A stretch of DNA of 63,317 bases, counting the filler, from Rhabdomonas costata (lineage: Eukaryota), in the NCBI GenBank assembly GCA_019059605.1. It is 36 parts of 36 records of this genome, joined end to end, with 100 filler letters (N's around TTAATTAATTAA, not from the genome) between each part and the next. Parts side by side here need not be neighbours in the genome. Positions count along the whole stretch, not along the records: positions 24,683 to 26,344 come from JAHMHO010011104.1; positions 26,445 to 28,106 come from JAHMHO010011105.1; positions 28,207 to 29,864 come from JAHMHO010011106.1; positions 29,965 to 31,621 come from JAHMHO010011107.1; positions 31,722 to 33,382 come from JAHMHO010011108.1; positions 33,483 to 35,143 come from JAHMHO010011109.1; positions 35,244 to 36,904 come from JAHMHO010011110.1; positions 37,005 to 38,665 come from JAHMHO010011111.1; 28 more parts are not named here. One strand, given 5' to 3'. Below the pieces are notes generated by a model. The model was given only the letters and a program-made list of their open reading frames with translations, had not been told where the DNA came from and searched no databases. The translations under genes were made by a program, and so were the position numbers. Shown piece after piece: positions 24,925-37,950 of this stretch (the first letter of the stretch is position 1; the number at the start of each line of letters is the position of its first letter).

Positions 24925-26291
24925 GTGGAGAAGAGCGCAGTTGCCTATGACATTCTGGGCCACTACCTCAGCCTTGGAGAGCAGTGGGCGCAGGCCTGCA
25001 CCTACTTCAGCACCGCAATGGAGATGTACCTGGAGGCCTTCAAGGAGTCCGTCGAGGACACTGACGAGGCCTCGACCGCTGGAACGTCCTTCCAGGTCTC
25101 CTCCCTCCTCCTCGTTGCAAGCAGCTTCTTCACAACATGGAGTTATTGGCGGTCCGGGGAACTGCAGGTCGCAAGTGGACCTATTGGGGTCACAACCCGT
25201 CCTTCTCCTTTTTTGTCCAATACGAGTAGTTCTGGCATGATCACATTCTCCTCCATTTTCTTCTGTGTTCAGCATTGCATTGCATTTCCTATTTCCTGCC
25301 CTTTCCCTGACGCACAGCAAAGATGCAACTTTAGTTAACCCGCCTTTTGCTTTTCTGGGACTCTGCTAAGTTCTTCCGTTGTGATATTTGTGTATTTGTA
25401 ACCCTGTCGGGCCGAACATTTCACAGATCAGGGATATCCGCGACGTGGTGGTGCAGCAGTTCAGCATCCACCGAGCAGCAAAGCTGCGTCCCCTGGTGAT
25501 CGCGATGCTGCACAAGACGAGCCCGGCGGCCGAGAACGCAGGCTCTCCCCAGCCGGGGTCCACAGACAACGTCTTCATCGACGAGACCTTGGACAAGCTC
25601 TCAGACCTAGAAGAGGCCCTCGACCGCGCCTTGCGTCATCCCCTGCTGAACCGCGTGCACAGCGTAGATATGTTCACTGCGAGGGCCACGGCGCGGTCCG
25701 GGGTGGAGGGCGAACCTGAGGAGATCCCGCCATCCGGAGTAGTGGTAGTTCCCCCTCCCCCTCTCCGCCAGAACACAAGGGAATTGCAATGCCTGTTTGT
25801 ATGTGTGTGTGTGTGTGTGCCAATTTTCCTAAGGCCCCGCGAACAGTGTTAGGCCCCGAGGGGGACAGCAACCCTGCGAGGCGTGAGGCAGCGAGACGTA
25901 GAGGAGACAGAGAAGGGGTGAGACCCGATGATCCCAGGCCCATCAAGGTTGGGGAGCCCTGGAAGGAGGAGAAACGCGAGTCTTCCGCAGAAAAAGGTCA
26001 CGCTGGCTGAGTGCAAAAAGTGTGTGTGTGTATGCAGGCATGCGTGCGTGCGTGTATGTGTGTGTGCCAACGTACACACACAGAGAGTTTTTTCTGCTCC
26101 CTTCAGAATTCCCACTGATTCGTTACTCATCTTACTCATCATGGTCTGTACTGCCCCTTATAGGATTTGGACGCCTCAGTGCGGACCATGATGACCCTCC
26201 TGGACCGCCTGGTGGAGACCTCTTCGCGGCGGAAGCAACTCAACGTCACGCTGTGGCAGCAGTTCAACCAAGTGTATACAGGCTACCTGAG
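24925..26291 (+). CDS. Three exons of a hypothetical alpha-helical (possibly TPR-containing) protein (24925-25095, 25427-25744, 26164-26291)
   Basis: GT-AG introns with phase-0 joins: VEKSAVAYDILGHYLSLGEQWAQACTYFSTAMEMY...|IRDIRDVVVQQF...|DLDASVRTMMTLLDRL... Confidence 0.6.
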
Positions 26292-26446
26292 GTGTGGTTA
26301 CATACAGCGTGTGCTGCGCACGCGCTGTATGTAACCACACCCCCNNNNNNNNNNNNNNNNNNNNNNNNNNNNNNNNNNNNNNNNNNNNTTAATTAATTAA
26401 NNNNNNNNNNNNNNNNNNNNNNNNNNNNNNNNNNNNNNNNNNNNGG

Positions 26447-27415
26447 GTGTTGGGATTACAACGTAGTGTGGAGGCTGGAACAGCTGAAGATGACGGACTG
26501 GAATTTCCAGTTATACCACCAGCAGTTTGTGAAGGAAATCAACCTGCTAAATGGAAGGTGTTTGACAGCGAGCCTTTGCAGCAGTATTTGTTCGTTCGAG
26601 GCTTTGAAGGAGATATACAAGCTAAAGTGATGTCCAGGCACCCGCAGACGCTGCACGAGGCCATGGAATTAGCGTGGGAGTATTTTCGGAAACCAAGAAC
26701 CACGCTCCAAGTTATATTGGCAGTTCAAGAAGGTCAGATTTACAGGACTGTCGTAGCTGGTGGCTCTTCTGTGGTTTTGAATGCTATAAGTTACGGATAT
26801 ACCCCGTTTTCTGGAAGCACAGTGTTTCTTACTTCGGGAAATAAATGTGACTCGGTAAATGTGCGCCACCTACCTGTGTTTGGCTGGGCGCCACGTTCAG
26901 CTACTGTGAGCTTGAGTACTGGATTGTTTGCGGTTTCAGCCCCACCAACGTTGGCGCCCACAGTCCCAGAAAGAGCGGTGATGTTTACCGCCCCCACTAA
27001 GATGCAGGTAAACGCAACTAGAAGCCCCTCGCTAGAGAGGAGACTGACGTTTGGTATGGGGGAGGTGCATTTAGTGGTGGAAGAGGATATATGGGGAGAG
27101 ATCGATGATATAGGACATTATCAAGCGAGAAGTGGAGGGCCTCGGGTTCCCACCCCGCCAAAACGAGGCAATTCGCCAGAAAGGCCACAGGTTGCAGCGA
27201 GCCTGCTGCAGAAATGTAATCTGGCTTCACCGTTTGCAATGTCAAGGCTGGAGGAAGAGAAAGCCCAGGAGCAACATAACCGGGCATGTTTTTACTGCGG
27301 GAGCCCCGCACACGTATACAGAGATTGTGAACTGGCTAAAACGGAACTTTACGACCGAAGGCAAGTGACCGCAGTGGCTGGAGAACCACCAAGGAAAGTG
27401 GAGTACCCAAAATAG
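26447..27415 (+). mobile_element. gag: Retrotransposon Gag-like ORF with a CCHC zinc knuckle, truncated at the 5' contig end
   Basis: FVRGFEGDIQAKVMSRHPQTLHEAMELA is a capsid C-terminal motif, and CFYCGSPAHVYRDC is a CX2CX4HX4C knuckle. The ORF is intronless and no pol follows within the contig. Confidence 0.8.
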
Positions 27416-27950
27416 AGGTGGCAGGAAGCCTGGCCTCTCATGTACCACCAATTGAGCCCGCCACAGCTAAAGTTAGCTGGAGGTGGTGGAGGTGGTTTGC
27501 ATGACATCATTTAACCGAAAAAGAAACACAAGTCGAATATATATTGATCAACTAAAGAGAAGTTTTGCGCTGACCTGGTGGAAAACCACCAGGTTCAGGG
27601 GACGCACGCATACTCGCACAGAGATTTAGCTGGTGGTGGCGTTACATGCTCTTCTGAAGGCCTTGTACCACCTGCGGAGGTGGATAACTTTAGCCTGTCT
27701 CCATTCCCTGCTATACCTCGCTTGCTGTGCTACCACGCGACCTCGGTCACGACGCCTCTGGCTTTATTTCCCCGCTAGCTGGCGTTGACTCTCCACTTTG
27801 GGGCTCTGCGCGCCTTCTCTGGGCGGGAATTTCGCCGGGCTCATCTGATGCTGTAGGATCTTCCTCCTCCGGAACTAAAACAACCGTCTTCTACCACCTG
27901 TAAATGTGGTACTTCTCTCGAACACTGCCTCAGGAACTTTCACACACCTC

Positions 27951-28106
27951 TGCTACCACCTGTCACACGCTGTCTATCCGCCGAGCCTCTTACGTGCCTC
28001 CTACCTCTTGAGGGTGGTCGTAGCTCTGGGCTCCGCTTCTGAAAGGTGAAACCAGACTTAGCTTGCACTAAGTGGGCGCTGCCGCGGTTTACCTTGGTGG
28101 AAAACC
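27951..28106 (+). repeat. Retroelement-associated terminal-type repeat, homologous to 39347-39471
   Basis: Colinear shared blocks: TGCTACCAC, TACCTCTTGnGGGT, GCTCCnCTTCTG, CTAAGTGGGCGCTGCC, GGTGGAAAAC. Confidence 0.75.
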
Positions 28107-29146
28107 NNNNNNNNNNNNNNNNNNNNNNNNNNNNNNNNNNNNNNNNNNNNTTAATTAATTAANNNNNNNNNNNNNNNNNNNNNNNNNNNNNNNNNNNNNN
28201 NNNNNNGGGGGGGGGTTTCTGCACTGCAGTTTTCCAGAGCGCCCTGCATGCACGTCTCGCGCGTTTTATTGGTTTGCCTCACACAGAGTCGGAACAGCTC
28301 ATGAGCAAAATCTTCCGCAACTTGGAAGCCTTTTGAAATCGTCTCTATTTCAAGGCTGTCCTTATCAGTAGCATGCTGAAGAATTCAGAATAAGGTTGTT
28401 GGGGGCGATCAACTGATGGCGAAAGTGTAATCCGCCAGAGGGCGCAGAGCTCAGATGAGGTAAGCACGGGAGAATCAAACAGGTGCCTCAAAGGTGTCAT
28501 CGTAAGCATCAAGATGGGGAAGTTCAGGAAACACAATCTGGGGGTCATTGACTTTTCCCGGTGGCTCCCACACAGACGGCCGAAGGGGCTCCATCTCCTC
28601 ACCGAACTCCGCCAGCTCGTCCTCACCATCCGCAAAGCCTATATATGTTTGTATAAGCTGGAAAAAGACGGAGAAGGGAGAACAGCTGAAGAAAAAATTT
28701 CAGGCACTGTGTGACTGTTGCAATAGTTTTACCTCTCCTTTCGTGTTCTCTTTTGAGGTTATCAATTTTGGCAAAACATGCCAAAATGCTATAATAACTG
28801 ACAACTCATTGCTACTGTCGCATTTAAAGCTCAATATCGGGGAAACCGCTGGGGAAAAGGTGGAAAATTAATGGGAAAAACACAAGTCGAACACTTCAAC
28901 CCCAGTTGGCATGCCAACTTCAAGCTTCAATTCGAAGAGCATTTGGTCTTAACTTTTTCGGCACCCAACAATTTGTGCCTTCACAAGTTCAAGTTTTGTG
29001 AAAGTATATAAAAAAAACTCGAGATTTTGTTCCATCCTGACGAAAAATGCACTTTCCACATCGTGCAAAATCGATCTCTTCTGGGGAATCGTCTAAACTT
29101 GCGAGGGTTCCCGCCAAATCACACTCAAAATGGGCATCTTTGACTC

Positions 29147-29811
29147 TACAAATACGCGTGCTTATCTGTCGGTGTGAAGAAGTGTAAAGAAAAGAAGAGA
29201 ACATATTATCAGTACCGAGATAAGCTGTGTGTAGTCGCCTGATAAAATTCAGCAGCCGGATTCCATCAAAGTCGGCGGAAAGACGAATGACGCCGTGCTG
29301 AAGAAGCGAAGCAGCGGAAACGCACAAAAGCATAAATCACACCCACCACTCACCACAGCCGTGCAGTGGCACAAACGCTGAACTGAAGTCACACACACAG
29401 TGCGAAAACACACACACACATTCACACGCGCGGAAATTCCCGAATTCATGAGCACTGCCATGCCACAGGAATTTTCCTTCTGCATCTTTAGTTTCTTTTT
29501 GGTTCTTCGCGGTTCAAGGCAGTTGTAAATGCTGTTTTCACTTTGCTTCCAACGGTGGAAGACTTGGGAAAGGCGGAGAAAGAGCAGCCCCAGGCCTTTC
29601 TATGCGCAGGAAAGGTTTCATTGCTCATTATCGCATGGCATGGTGACCGTTACCATGAAATACACAAATACAAAACACTCACATTTGTTCCCCACAAAAG
29701 ACACACCGCCCAATCAATCCGAATAGCGTCGTCCAACACAAACGTGAACCTTTTCCACGTCCATGTGGACATTGCTCCGGAGATAGACCAAAACCCGCGC
29801 ACGAAGAGAAG
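29147..29811 (-). CDS. Chain of short exons of a hypothetical protein
   Basis: AG-bounded exons join as SLRARVLVYLRSNVHMDVEK|KGLGLLFLRLSQVFHRWKQ|NAEGKFLWHGSAHEFGNFR|... The following junction is ambiguous (GC donor at 29429 or GT donor at 29427). Confidence 0.4.
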
Positions 29812-31216
29812 CTGCGGAGGAGCGCGAAACAGGGCGGAGCAAAAAGTGCCACCAAACCCCACCCNNNNNNNNNNNNNNNNNNNNNNNNNNNNNNNNNNNN
29901 NNNNNNNNTTAATTAATTAANNNNNNNNNNNNNNNNNNNNNNNNNNNNNNNNNNNNNNNNNNNNTTGTGGTGGGCTATGTTGCTGCTGATTTCTTGATCC
30001 CTGCCAATTCTGGCAGAGGTAAAGTGGGCGACAATCGACAACTGCACCATCTGTTGAGCACTGCTGCGCCGCCAGGTCAGAGTCCCTTGCTCGAGCTTCA
30101 TCCAATAACTTCTTACTACCAGATGGGGCACCGCTGCAAAATCACACGTCAGAGGATTGCCGCGCCAAAACGAGGGACGCACTTCTTCAGGTGAACGGCC
30201 AACCTTGAAATCAAATCTGGTTCAGCTTCAGCCTAATGACACTGCAGCCGAATTCACTAAGACACATATAAGTACACACCAGGGTAGATGTGGGGTGCGA
30301 CGTGCCAGTAGTCCCGGGACAGGCTTGCCATGGAGAGAACGGAAACCGTGCGGGAGCGGACCGACACGGTGCGGGAGTGTGTGCGGCTGGAGGGCTCTGA
30401 TGGCGGGCTGCTGGGGCAGCCGTGGTCAGGAGGAGAGCTGTGAAGTCTCCCTGAGGACCGCACCGAGGCCGAGTGTGGGGAATCCATATGCGCCACGTTG
30501 CGCCACGCACACACACAGTCTCTCTCGGGTGGTAGCGCTTTCAGTGGTGAAGATTCAGGACAACAAAAAGGAATAAAAAAATAAGCAAATACCGAAACTG
30601 TCAAAAGTGAGGAGAATTCTGCAGGGCGTGCCTAAATCGCAGGGAAAGGAAAAGGCACACCAGAAGTTCTGCCACGTTATACATTTCTCTTGTCACAGAT
30701 GCACATCATAAAAATCCTGTGGGGTGCCGAGGCGTAAAGCAGCTGTGCCAAGAATGCTGACCAAAGCGCAGCACCAAAGACCGGTAGAGCTTCACTGACT
30801 GGATCCCTTTCTTCAGGCAGGCTAGTAATTGGGAATATCCCATTAGCTACCCTCCCTATCCGTACACAAATACCCGCAAGCTCTTTTGATGGATGTAAAA
30901 TGGAAAGATGCGAGGTGAAGACGTGCCGCGGATGTGAAGCCAAACAAACCGCAGCGCATATCACTCGTGCGCCATAGCGAGCGATTGGCAGAGTATAACG
31001 CTACACACTCATCTGCTTGGACAAAGCCAGTGCCAGGGGTAGAGGGGGAGCACAGGCCCATTTACGGTGCCAGCGATGTGAGAACGCAGCACAAATGGCC
31101 AACTCCTGAAGCCATATGCTGAAACTGTGCGTTTATGGCTGTGAGCTGACAGCCAGAGAGAACCATCCTCCTCCCCTCAGCGAAGATCTAGACCCCTCCT
31201 CCACAGCGGTGGTGGG

Positions 31217-31490
31217 TCACTGTGCTCTGCCTTCCGCCAGTACGCTGCTGACCGTGACTGCGGTGGACCAGCAAGCTAGAACTGAGCCCACCGCAATGAG
31301 GCCAAGGCAGACCAGCCGTTCCGCACGGCTGATCACACTCCCGCGAAGCCTCAGCGTGAGCCAGCACGGGAACACCACGCAGGTCGCCACGCTGAGCAGT
31401 GCGCCGGCCAGCCCAAGGACAGCCACGAACTCCGGGACAAGGCGGGCCACGGCAAGGACAGACACACATAGCAGTGTGCGCACCAAGGTC
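31217..31490 (-). CDS. Terminal exon of an amino-acid transporter (Aa_trans/AVT-like)
   Basis: RTLLCVSVLAVARLVPEFVAVLGLAGALLSVATCVVFPC...LGLIAVGSVLACWST corresponds to the last three TM helices, with the P.F..V.GL.GA......FP signature. Confidence 0.75.
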
Positions 31491-31721
31491 CTGAGAGGAA
31501 AGAAAAAAACTCGCACACAGAGAAAAGAGAGAGAGAGAGTGCGAGAGAGGAGAGTCTTTAGCCCACTGTGACTCTAGGAGCATCATCTCTACCCCCACCA
31601 ATGGGCCCTCACCCCTCACCCNNNNNNNNNNNNNNNNNNNNNNNNNNNNNNNNNNNNNNNNNNNNTTAATTAATTAANNNNNNNNNNNNNNNNNNNNNNN
31701 NNNNNNNNNNNNNNNNNNNNN

Positions 31722-32698
31722 GCTGGTATCGCTCTTTTTGACCCCCCCCCCCTTTTGAGAACTGTTTGGTAGCTGTGCGGTTTTCACCACTTTAGTCTAG
31801 CAGGTCGTCTGAGTCTGTTATGAGGTTTGACGCTGTTCCTTGCAGCTGGCTCCTCATCTTGGAGAGGCGTTCTTGGCCGAGCTTTTGCAGGTCCCCTCCC
31901 TTCTCCCCACATAGTCGTTTCTGTTTCTACGGCAAGCCGATTCTCCCAAATTTGAGGCGTGCCTTTTTGCTTTTCACTCCTCCTTGCGGTCGTTTTTCTC
32001 TCCGTGCTGTTTGTGTTTTCTTATTAAATTTGCAACGGCAAACCGCAGCCGACAGCAGTTGAACACGTGAGTGCAATGTGTTTACAGCCCGGTGCAGCAA
32101 CTGCAATGATCTTCGTGGGGGCGCTCAACGAACTACATGCTCGGCATATTGTACATGAACTCGGGGAGGTGGGGTGATTTTGCATGGGGTCTGTATCCCC
32201 TCATAGGAGTGGAAGGTACGCCCTCTGCTCCCACTCCCTAAGATGCTTTTCCTGTTCGTGCTTCATGCTGCTTAGAGGTGGTCCCAGAAGGTGCGGTACC
32301 GCAGCTGCAAGTACCGTGGGCTGGAAATTGCACTCATTGCACTCACGTGTTCAACTGCTGTCGGCGTGCGGTTTGCCGTTGCAAATTTAATAAGAAAACA
32401 CAAACAGCACGGAGAGAAAAACGACCGCAAGGAGGAGTGATGAAAAAAGCAATTCAAAAAGGCACGCCTCAAAATTGGGAGAACCGGCTTGCCGTAGAAA
32501 CAGAAACGACTGTGTGGAGAAGGGAGGGGACCTGCAAAAGCTCGGCCAAGAACGCCTCTCCAAGATGAGGAGCCAGCTGCAAGGAACAGCGTCAAACCTT
32601 ATAAAAGACTCAGACGACCTGCTCGACTAAAGTGGTGAAAACCACACAGCTACTAAACAGTTCTCAAAAGGGGGGGGGTCAAAAAGAGCAATACCAGC
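31722..32698. mobile_element. Long inverted repeat (fold-back or large MITE-like), arms 31722-32078 and 32335-32698
   Basis: Arms of about 360 bp are reverse complements with scattered substitutions and small indels, around a spacer of about 255 bp. Confidence 0.8.
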
Positions 32699-34110
32699 CG
32701 CAGTTCAGTCCTCAGCACGTCCGCAGTCCTTTGCATAACTGTGAGGGAAAGACATGCGAAGTGCCGCTCTCCTATTTCACTCCCTTCCTCACACACACGC
32801 ACACACACACTATCTCTCGCGAAACCAAGCCAGGCGGAGGCGCGCACACACGCCTTCGCTGTCGAAGGTGTCCAACGGAACGTCTTCGACGGAGCCCGTC
32901 ATCCCACTTGCCATCCAATAGCAAAGAAATTGTTCAAGGACAAGCCCCCACAGATGTCTGCAATGCTGAAGGCAGCATAAAAATGCCGGCATTTTGAAGA
33001 GGGAACAAAGTAACGGTACACACCGGCAGAATGAGTCGGGATAAGGCGAACTCCAAAACCCCGACGCTGAAGAATTCAGCGGCCAGAAAAGGTACATGCT
33101 GGTTTCTGGCAAGGGCTCACGCATTTGACACGCAGACAGCTTTACGGTTACCCCCGGTGCATTGCATTACATTGCATCCACACCCACGGTCTTCGGAGAT
33201 GTGGAGACGGACACAGCAAGAACCCGACTTTTGCCAGAAAAAGGCTCAAACAAAGCGATCGGGGGGCGGGGGGCAAAATAGGGGCAGATCCCCCCTCCCT
33301 CCCAACCTCTCCGAGCACCCTGTTCGCTCGCGAGAAGGTGAGCGAAAGTGCGGAAGGAAGTTTTGCAGCAGAAACCACCCCCNNNNNNNNNNNNNNNNNN
33401 NNNNNNNNNNNNNNNNNNNNNNNNNNTTAATTAATTAANNNNNNNNNNNNNNNNNNNNNNNNNNNNNNNNNNNNNNNNNNNNGGGGTGGGGTTAGCTGGC
33501 GACGAGGTTCTCGTGAGGCCGGGCCTTAACGGCGTAGTACACCTTATATTTTGATGGAAAGAGGTGTCCGCTTCACTTCAAACTTTTGAGCATTTAGGAC
33601 AATAGCAAAAAGGGGGGGGGGGCGAAAAATGAAAAACAATCTGAGATGACCCCTTTTTACTCTGCCCGCTTCGTTTCCCATGTTTTATAATTGAAAGCAA
33701 ATATTTCCAAACAAACATCCTAAACCAAAAATAATGTTTCGTCTTTTGACGTCTTTTGATAACTGGCACAGAACAGCCAACATTTTGTTAAAATATCATT
33801 CATCTATACGGTGAAATGTGGAAGCAAATCCCCAACTGAGCCGCCCACTCTGCCACGCCTTCAAAATGCCTCTACCCTGAAACTACTGCTACCCCCGCGT
33901 CGGGCAAAAGTCCGAGTACGTGAACGGCGGTGAACGTGGCTGGACGATCTGAACGTGTGCTTCACCCCAATAGATTGGTTACAACCGTGACGAACTAGAT
34001 GGCCAGGCTAACCACCATTCACCAGGGGGAGAAATGGATGGGTTGGTCAACAATCGGCGGATAGATGGATGGGTGTCGGCGTGTTCAGTTAAGGATGGGT
34101 GGGGGTGGAC

Positions 34111-34331
34111 CTCATTCTGCAGGCTGCGCTGGGCGGCGCGCAGCATCATCTCGCTGACCTGAGTGTACATCGACTTGATCGCGAACTCCTGCCCGCACTC
34201 CTGGTCCTGGTCATCGCGGATGCTGTAGGTGCCCTTGAAGATCGCGGCAAAGGTGCCCTCGCCCAGCTTGTCACCAAAGGTGATCCCGGTGACGTCCACC
34301 GAGGGGAGCCTGTTGTCCAGCTCCTTAACCC
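34111..34331 (-). CDS. Exon of a eukaryotic protein kinase (subdomains I-III, TKL-like)
   Basis: ITFGDKLGEGTFAAIFKGTY...FAIK...LQNE supplies the Gly-rich loop, the VAIK lysine and the alpha-C glutamate. AG/GT-bounded. Confidence 0.85.
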
Positions 34332-37300
34332 CTGCAAACGCACCGGTGCAATAAAAGTTGGGGAGGGGGGCCGCGGTTACCACTGGTAACAATTGTTCTC
34401 TGGAAGGATAATTAGAAAAGTCTCTAAGACCCCCAGGGCACGTCCCCGCCACAGCCGCCCGCTCCGGCCGCGTCGCGGACTTGCCTTCGCCCCTAAAACA
34501 CTGCTGTCCTATTCGTCCGGCAATATCCCAGCCATTGGCGAGTCCTTAGCGAGCAGCAGTTTTCAACTGCTGAGCAAAACACAATCATCCAGGAAGCAGT
34601 GGCAAAGTATACCTACCTAACCTCCATACACTAAAGCCATTTTGAGCGTTGGCATGTTTTGCCTGACCGATTTTAACTTAACGAGGCAGAAGTTTAAAGC
34701 CAGATTTCCAGATTACCGGTGGAAAATCAGTACGTTTTGGCATCCCTTTTTTCTGCACCACCGTTGCACGATATTCCAACCGGAGTTTGAATAGTTCAGA
34801 GAGTGGTTCAAATGAGTTTCAAGAATTTTTTTAATATCTAAGATGCCTTGGTACAACAACACAACTTTGGCAAGACGTCTAGAAGGATAAAGCAGGAGCA
34901 AGCAAGCATATTTAACCCACCCACTGTACAGTAAGCAACAAGCAGACCATCTGGACGAGGCATCCAGATGTCTCCCCCTGACACATCTCTCGCTTAGTAG
35001 GCTTCCTTCGCGCACACCTCTCTGCCTTACTGTGACCCGCTCCCCCGTGTGCAGGGTGAGCAGCAGCGAGGAGTCCCTCACGGCAAGTCCGACCACACTC
35101 CGGGCCGGATTCATGGCCGCGGCTGCCGCACTCCCACCCACACNNNNNNNNNNNNNNNNNNNNNNNNNNNNNNNNNNNNNNNNNNNNTTAATTAATTAAN
35201 NNNNNNNNNNNNNNNNNNNNNNNNNNNNNNNNNNNNNNNNNNNGTTTTTGGTGTATCGAAAAGAAAATTTGACATACCTGGATTCCAACTACATCAAATT
35301 TTCTTTTCGATACGCCAAAAATTGCCGGTGTACAAACCAACATGAATACCTTACTTTGCCAGTCCGCTGAGATGGATGAGGCAAAGGGCTGGTCCTTACA
35401 AGGCCTCGGCAACAGCGAGAAGCTTTCCGGAGCATGTGACGTGCTTCAGGGCTCCTGGGCTTTTGCTTCTCACGATCCGAACAGAAAACGCGAAGCAAAT
35501 GCAATATCAATGCGCCGGTGCATTTTCAGTCGCATTAATAGTGCTCCCATCTGCACATCCAATACATCGCGTTCTGTCGCTAAATGCAAGGCGCTACCAA
35601 AAGCTTGGCCAATATTCCAAAATGCTCAGCCCAAGATCATTTTTTCACCCCATCATTGCAAAAAAAAAATTGGTGCTAGTCGTGGACGTTCATGAATTCT
35701 ATTCTTTCCCTCTCATTGTCGGTGATCATGGATCAAAGTTTGCATGAAACACCGTCGCTGGGGTGCCACTCCCAAAAGGAATGTCCATGGGCAAGCCCAG
35801 TGACTTGGCAGGTACTCAGTGCACCAGCGGCAGCCATACTATGTACTTTGAAACGGAACTGTTGCGCGGCAAGCCCAGACAGCAGGAAGGCAACACAACC
35901 CCCCACCACTGGAGAAGCATGTGTTCCCCTTCGGACACTACCACAGGGGCGGTGTAGGCCCCATACATGACGGAGACAAAGGAGACAAGGCTACCTCTAC
36001 TTGGCAAACGGATCGATGCACTGCAGCAAAAAATAGGTGGGAGGGGTGGGGCACAGACACACCACCGCACACATAAACACACGACGTGATTCTTCAGCAA
36101 GAAGCACGCGTGCTTACGCCACAACAATACACCCACGCGCGTACGCACAGCGCACATTCACGAGACGAAGGGTGGTGCAGGACTGGCGGAGTCGAAGGGG
36201 TGTGGAGGGGGGGGGGTCCAAAGAAAGGCGGTTCGGGCAATTGTGTGGCCTTCGGTCTCTAGAACCCACGGCTAGTCCGAAACGGCCTCTGGTGACCCTC
36301 GACCTGCCACAGGGTGTGCAGCCCACGCAGATCACCGAGCTTCTCTGGACTCACCCGGCACTCCATGTTGATCAGCCGCGGAGTGGTATCTGAGGGCACA
36401 TTGAGGCAATTACAGCCATCTCATTCGAAGGCGATTTTTTAAGCTCATTCTTACCAGTTGTGACAGGTCCAGCATTAGGAGTGTGGTCGCCTGGTATCTC
36501 GCGATAAATTTTGGAACAGGATCTCGGGCCTCTTGATTTTATAAACTGTACTGTGCTGTACCGCACTGCATTTGAAGTGGGGAAGATTAAGCCAAGACTC
36601 CCCGAGAACCGCAAGTTTCCCACAGAACGCCATGCAATCAGGAAGCAGGAAGGAGGTTTTTCTATTTCTTCCTTCCTTCCTTCCTTTCTTAATTTGTTTC
36701 TTTGGTCTTTTTAGATTCTCAGCATCCGAAGGATGATGTTGAGGCCTGAGCAACAGGGTTTGGCGGTGGGTGATGAAGCTCCTTGCTGGGTGCACGTGAC
36801 AGCGAGCGCAGTGGGGTTTTGCGTCAGCGTGCAGCGCAGCGAACCGTGGCCGCCATCGTTGTCGAACTCCCACAGCGCGTGGGCCTGCTGCGACACCACC
36901 ACCCNNNNNNNNNNNNNNNNNNNNNNNNNNNNNNNNNNNNNNNNNNNNTTAATTAATTAANNNNNNNNNNNNNNNNNNNNNNNNNNNNNNNNNNNNNNNN
37001 NNNNTTTTGGGGGGAAAATGAAGGTAAAAAGAATGTACAGCCAAAACAACGGTATGGAAAGGCCGCTATGAAGATGAAAGGTTCAATATAAAAGCATAGA
37101 TCAGGAGGGAATTTAGGGTACAATGAGTGGGATAGGGGCAAAACTGGACCGGCTGAGTGGCTATTTCTAAACTTTTTATTTGGTACTTTGATGTTTTGAG
37201 GATGGTTGAGAGAAGCTGGTTGGGTGGGATGGTATATGGTCTTGGTGTATTGTTCAGGGATAAAGTTTGTAGTTGGTGATTAGTGGTGCTCCGTTAGTTA

Positions 37301-37379
37301 TCGTCGAAAGTTGAGATAGAGTGTTTCTACGAGAGAGCAGTGTGCAAATAGATCGCTTGATAATTGGAGTTTATGGCAT

Positions 37380-37950
37380 GGGTAGTTTGTAATGTAGAAA
37401 TCAAATACGGCGTGGAAATGTGGGAGTTGATAATGGGATACTTCAACAACGTAAATAATGACTATAGGTTCACAAAAGTAAGCAGAAATAAGTGGTGTGT
37501 CTTCGGAGTAGTCAATGGCGATGTGGATATCTGTATACAGTTTGATCCGCTATGGAATTATGTGACCACCCATGTAACAAGTGAATTATGGGGACTACAC
37601 CACTATCAAGTGTTTTTTGCTGACCCATGTTTTCTGTGTACTTTACGTTCCCAATGTATCCCACGCATGGAAATCAATCAGATAGTTGTGTATCAAGTGT
37701 ATATTACGGACCCTACCCGATCCAAACGGACACGAAGCAAAAGAAACAACCACAGCAGTCTTTCAATAGGTCACCAGAAGTCTTCAGAAATCCAACAGAA
37801 TATACAAGAAGATCGAGAAGCTGCAGGAGTGAAGGAAGCGATCCATACACCCTGGCGATATTGTTTTATTCTAGGTACCTGAGCAACCCAACAAACGCTT
37901 TTTCCTTGTTTTGACCGCTGTCCATGTCTTCCACTGATAATCTCTCAGGT
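37380..37950. mobile_element. Possible highly decayed retrotransposon pol fragments
   Basis: AT-richer contig with no clear exons. Minus-strand KAFVGLLRY (about 37875-37901) resembles RT RxFLGLxxY. Plus-strand EIKYGVEMWEL resembles RNase H ExxYxxxExEL. Confidence 0.3.
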
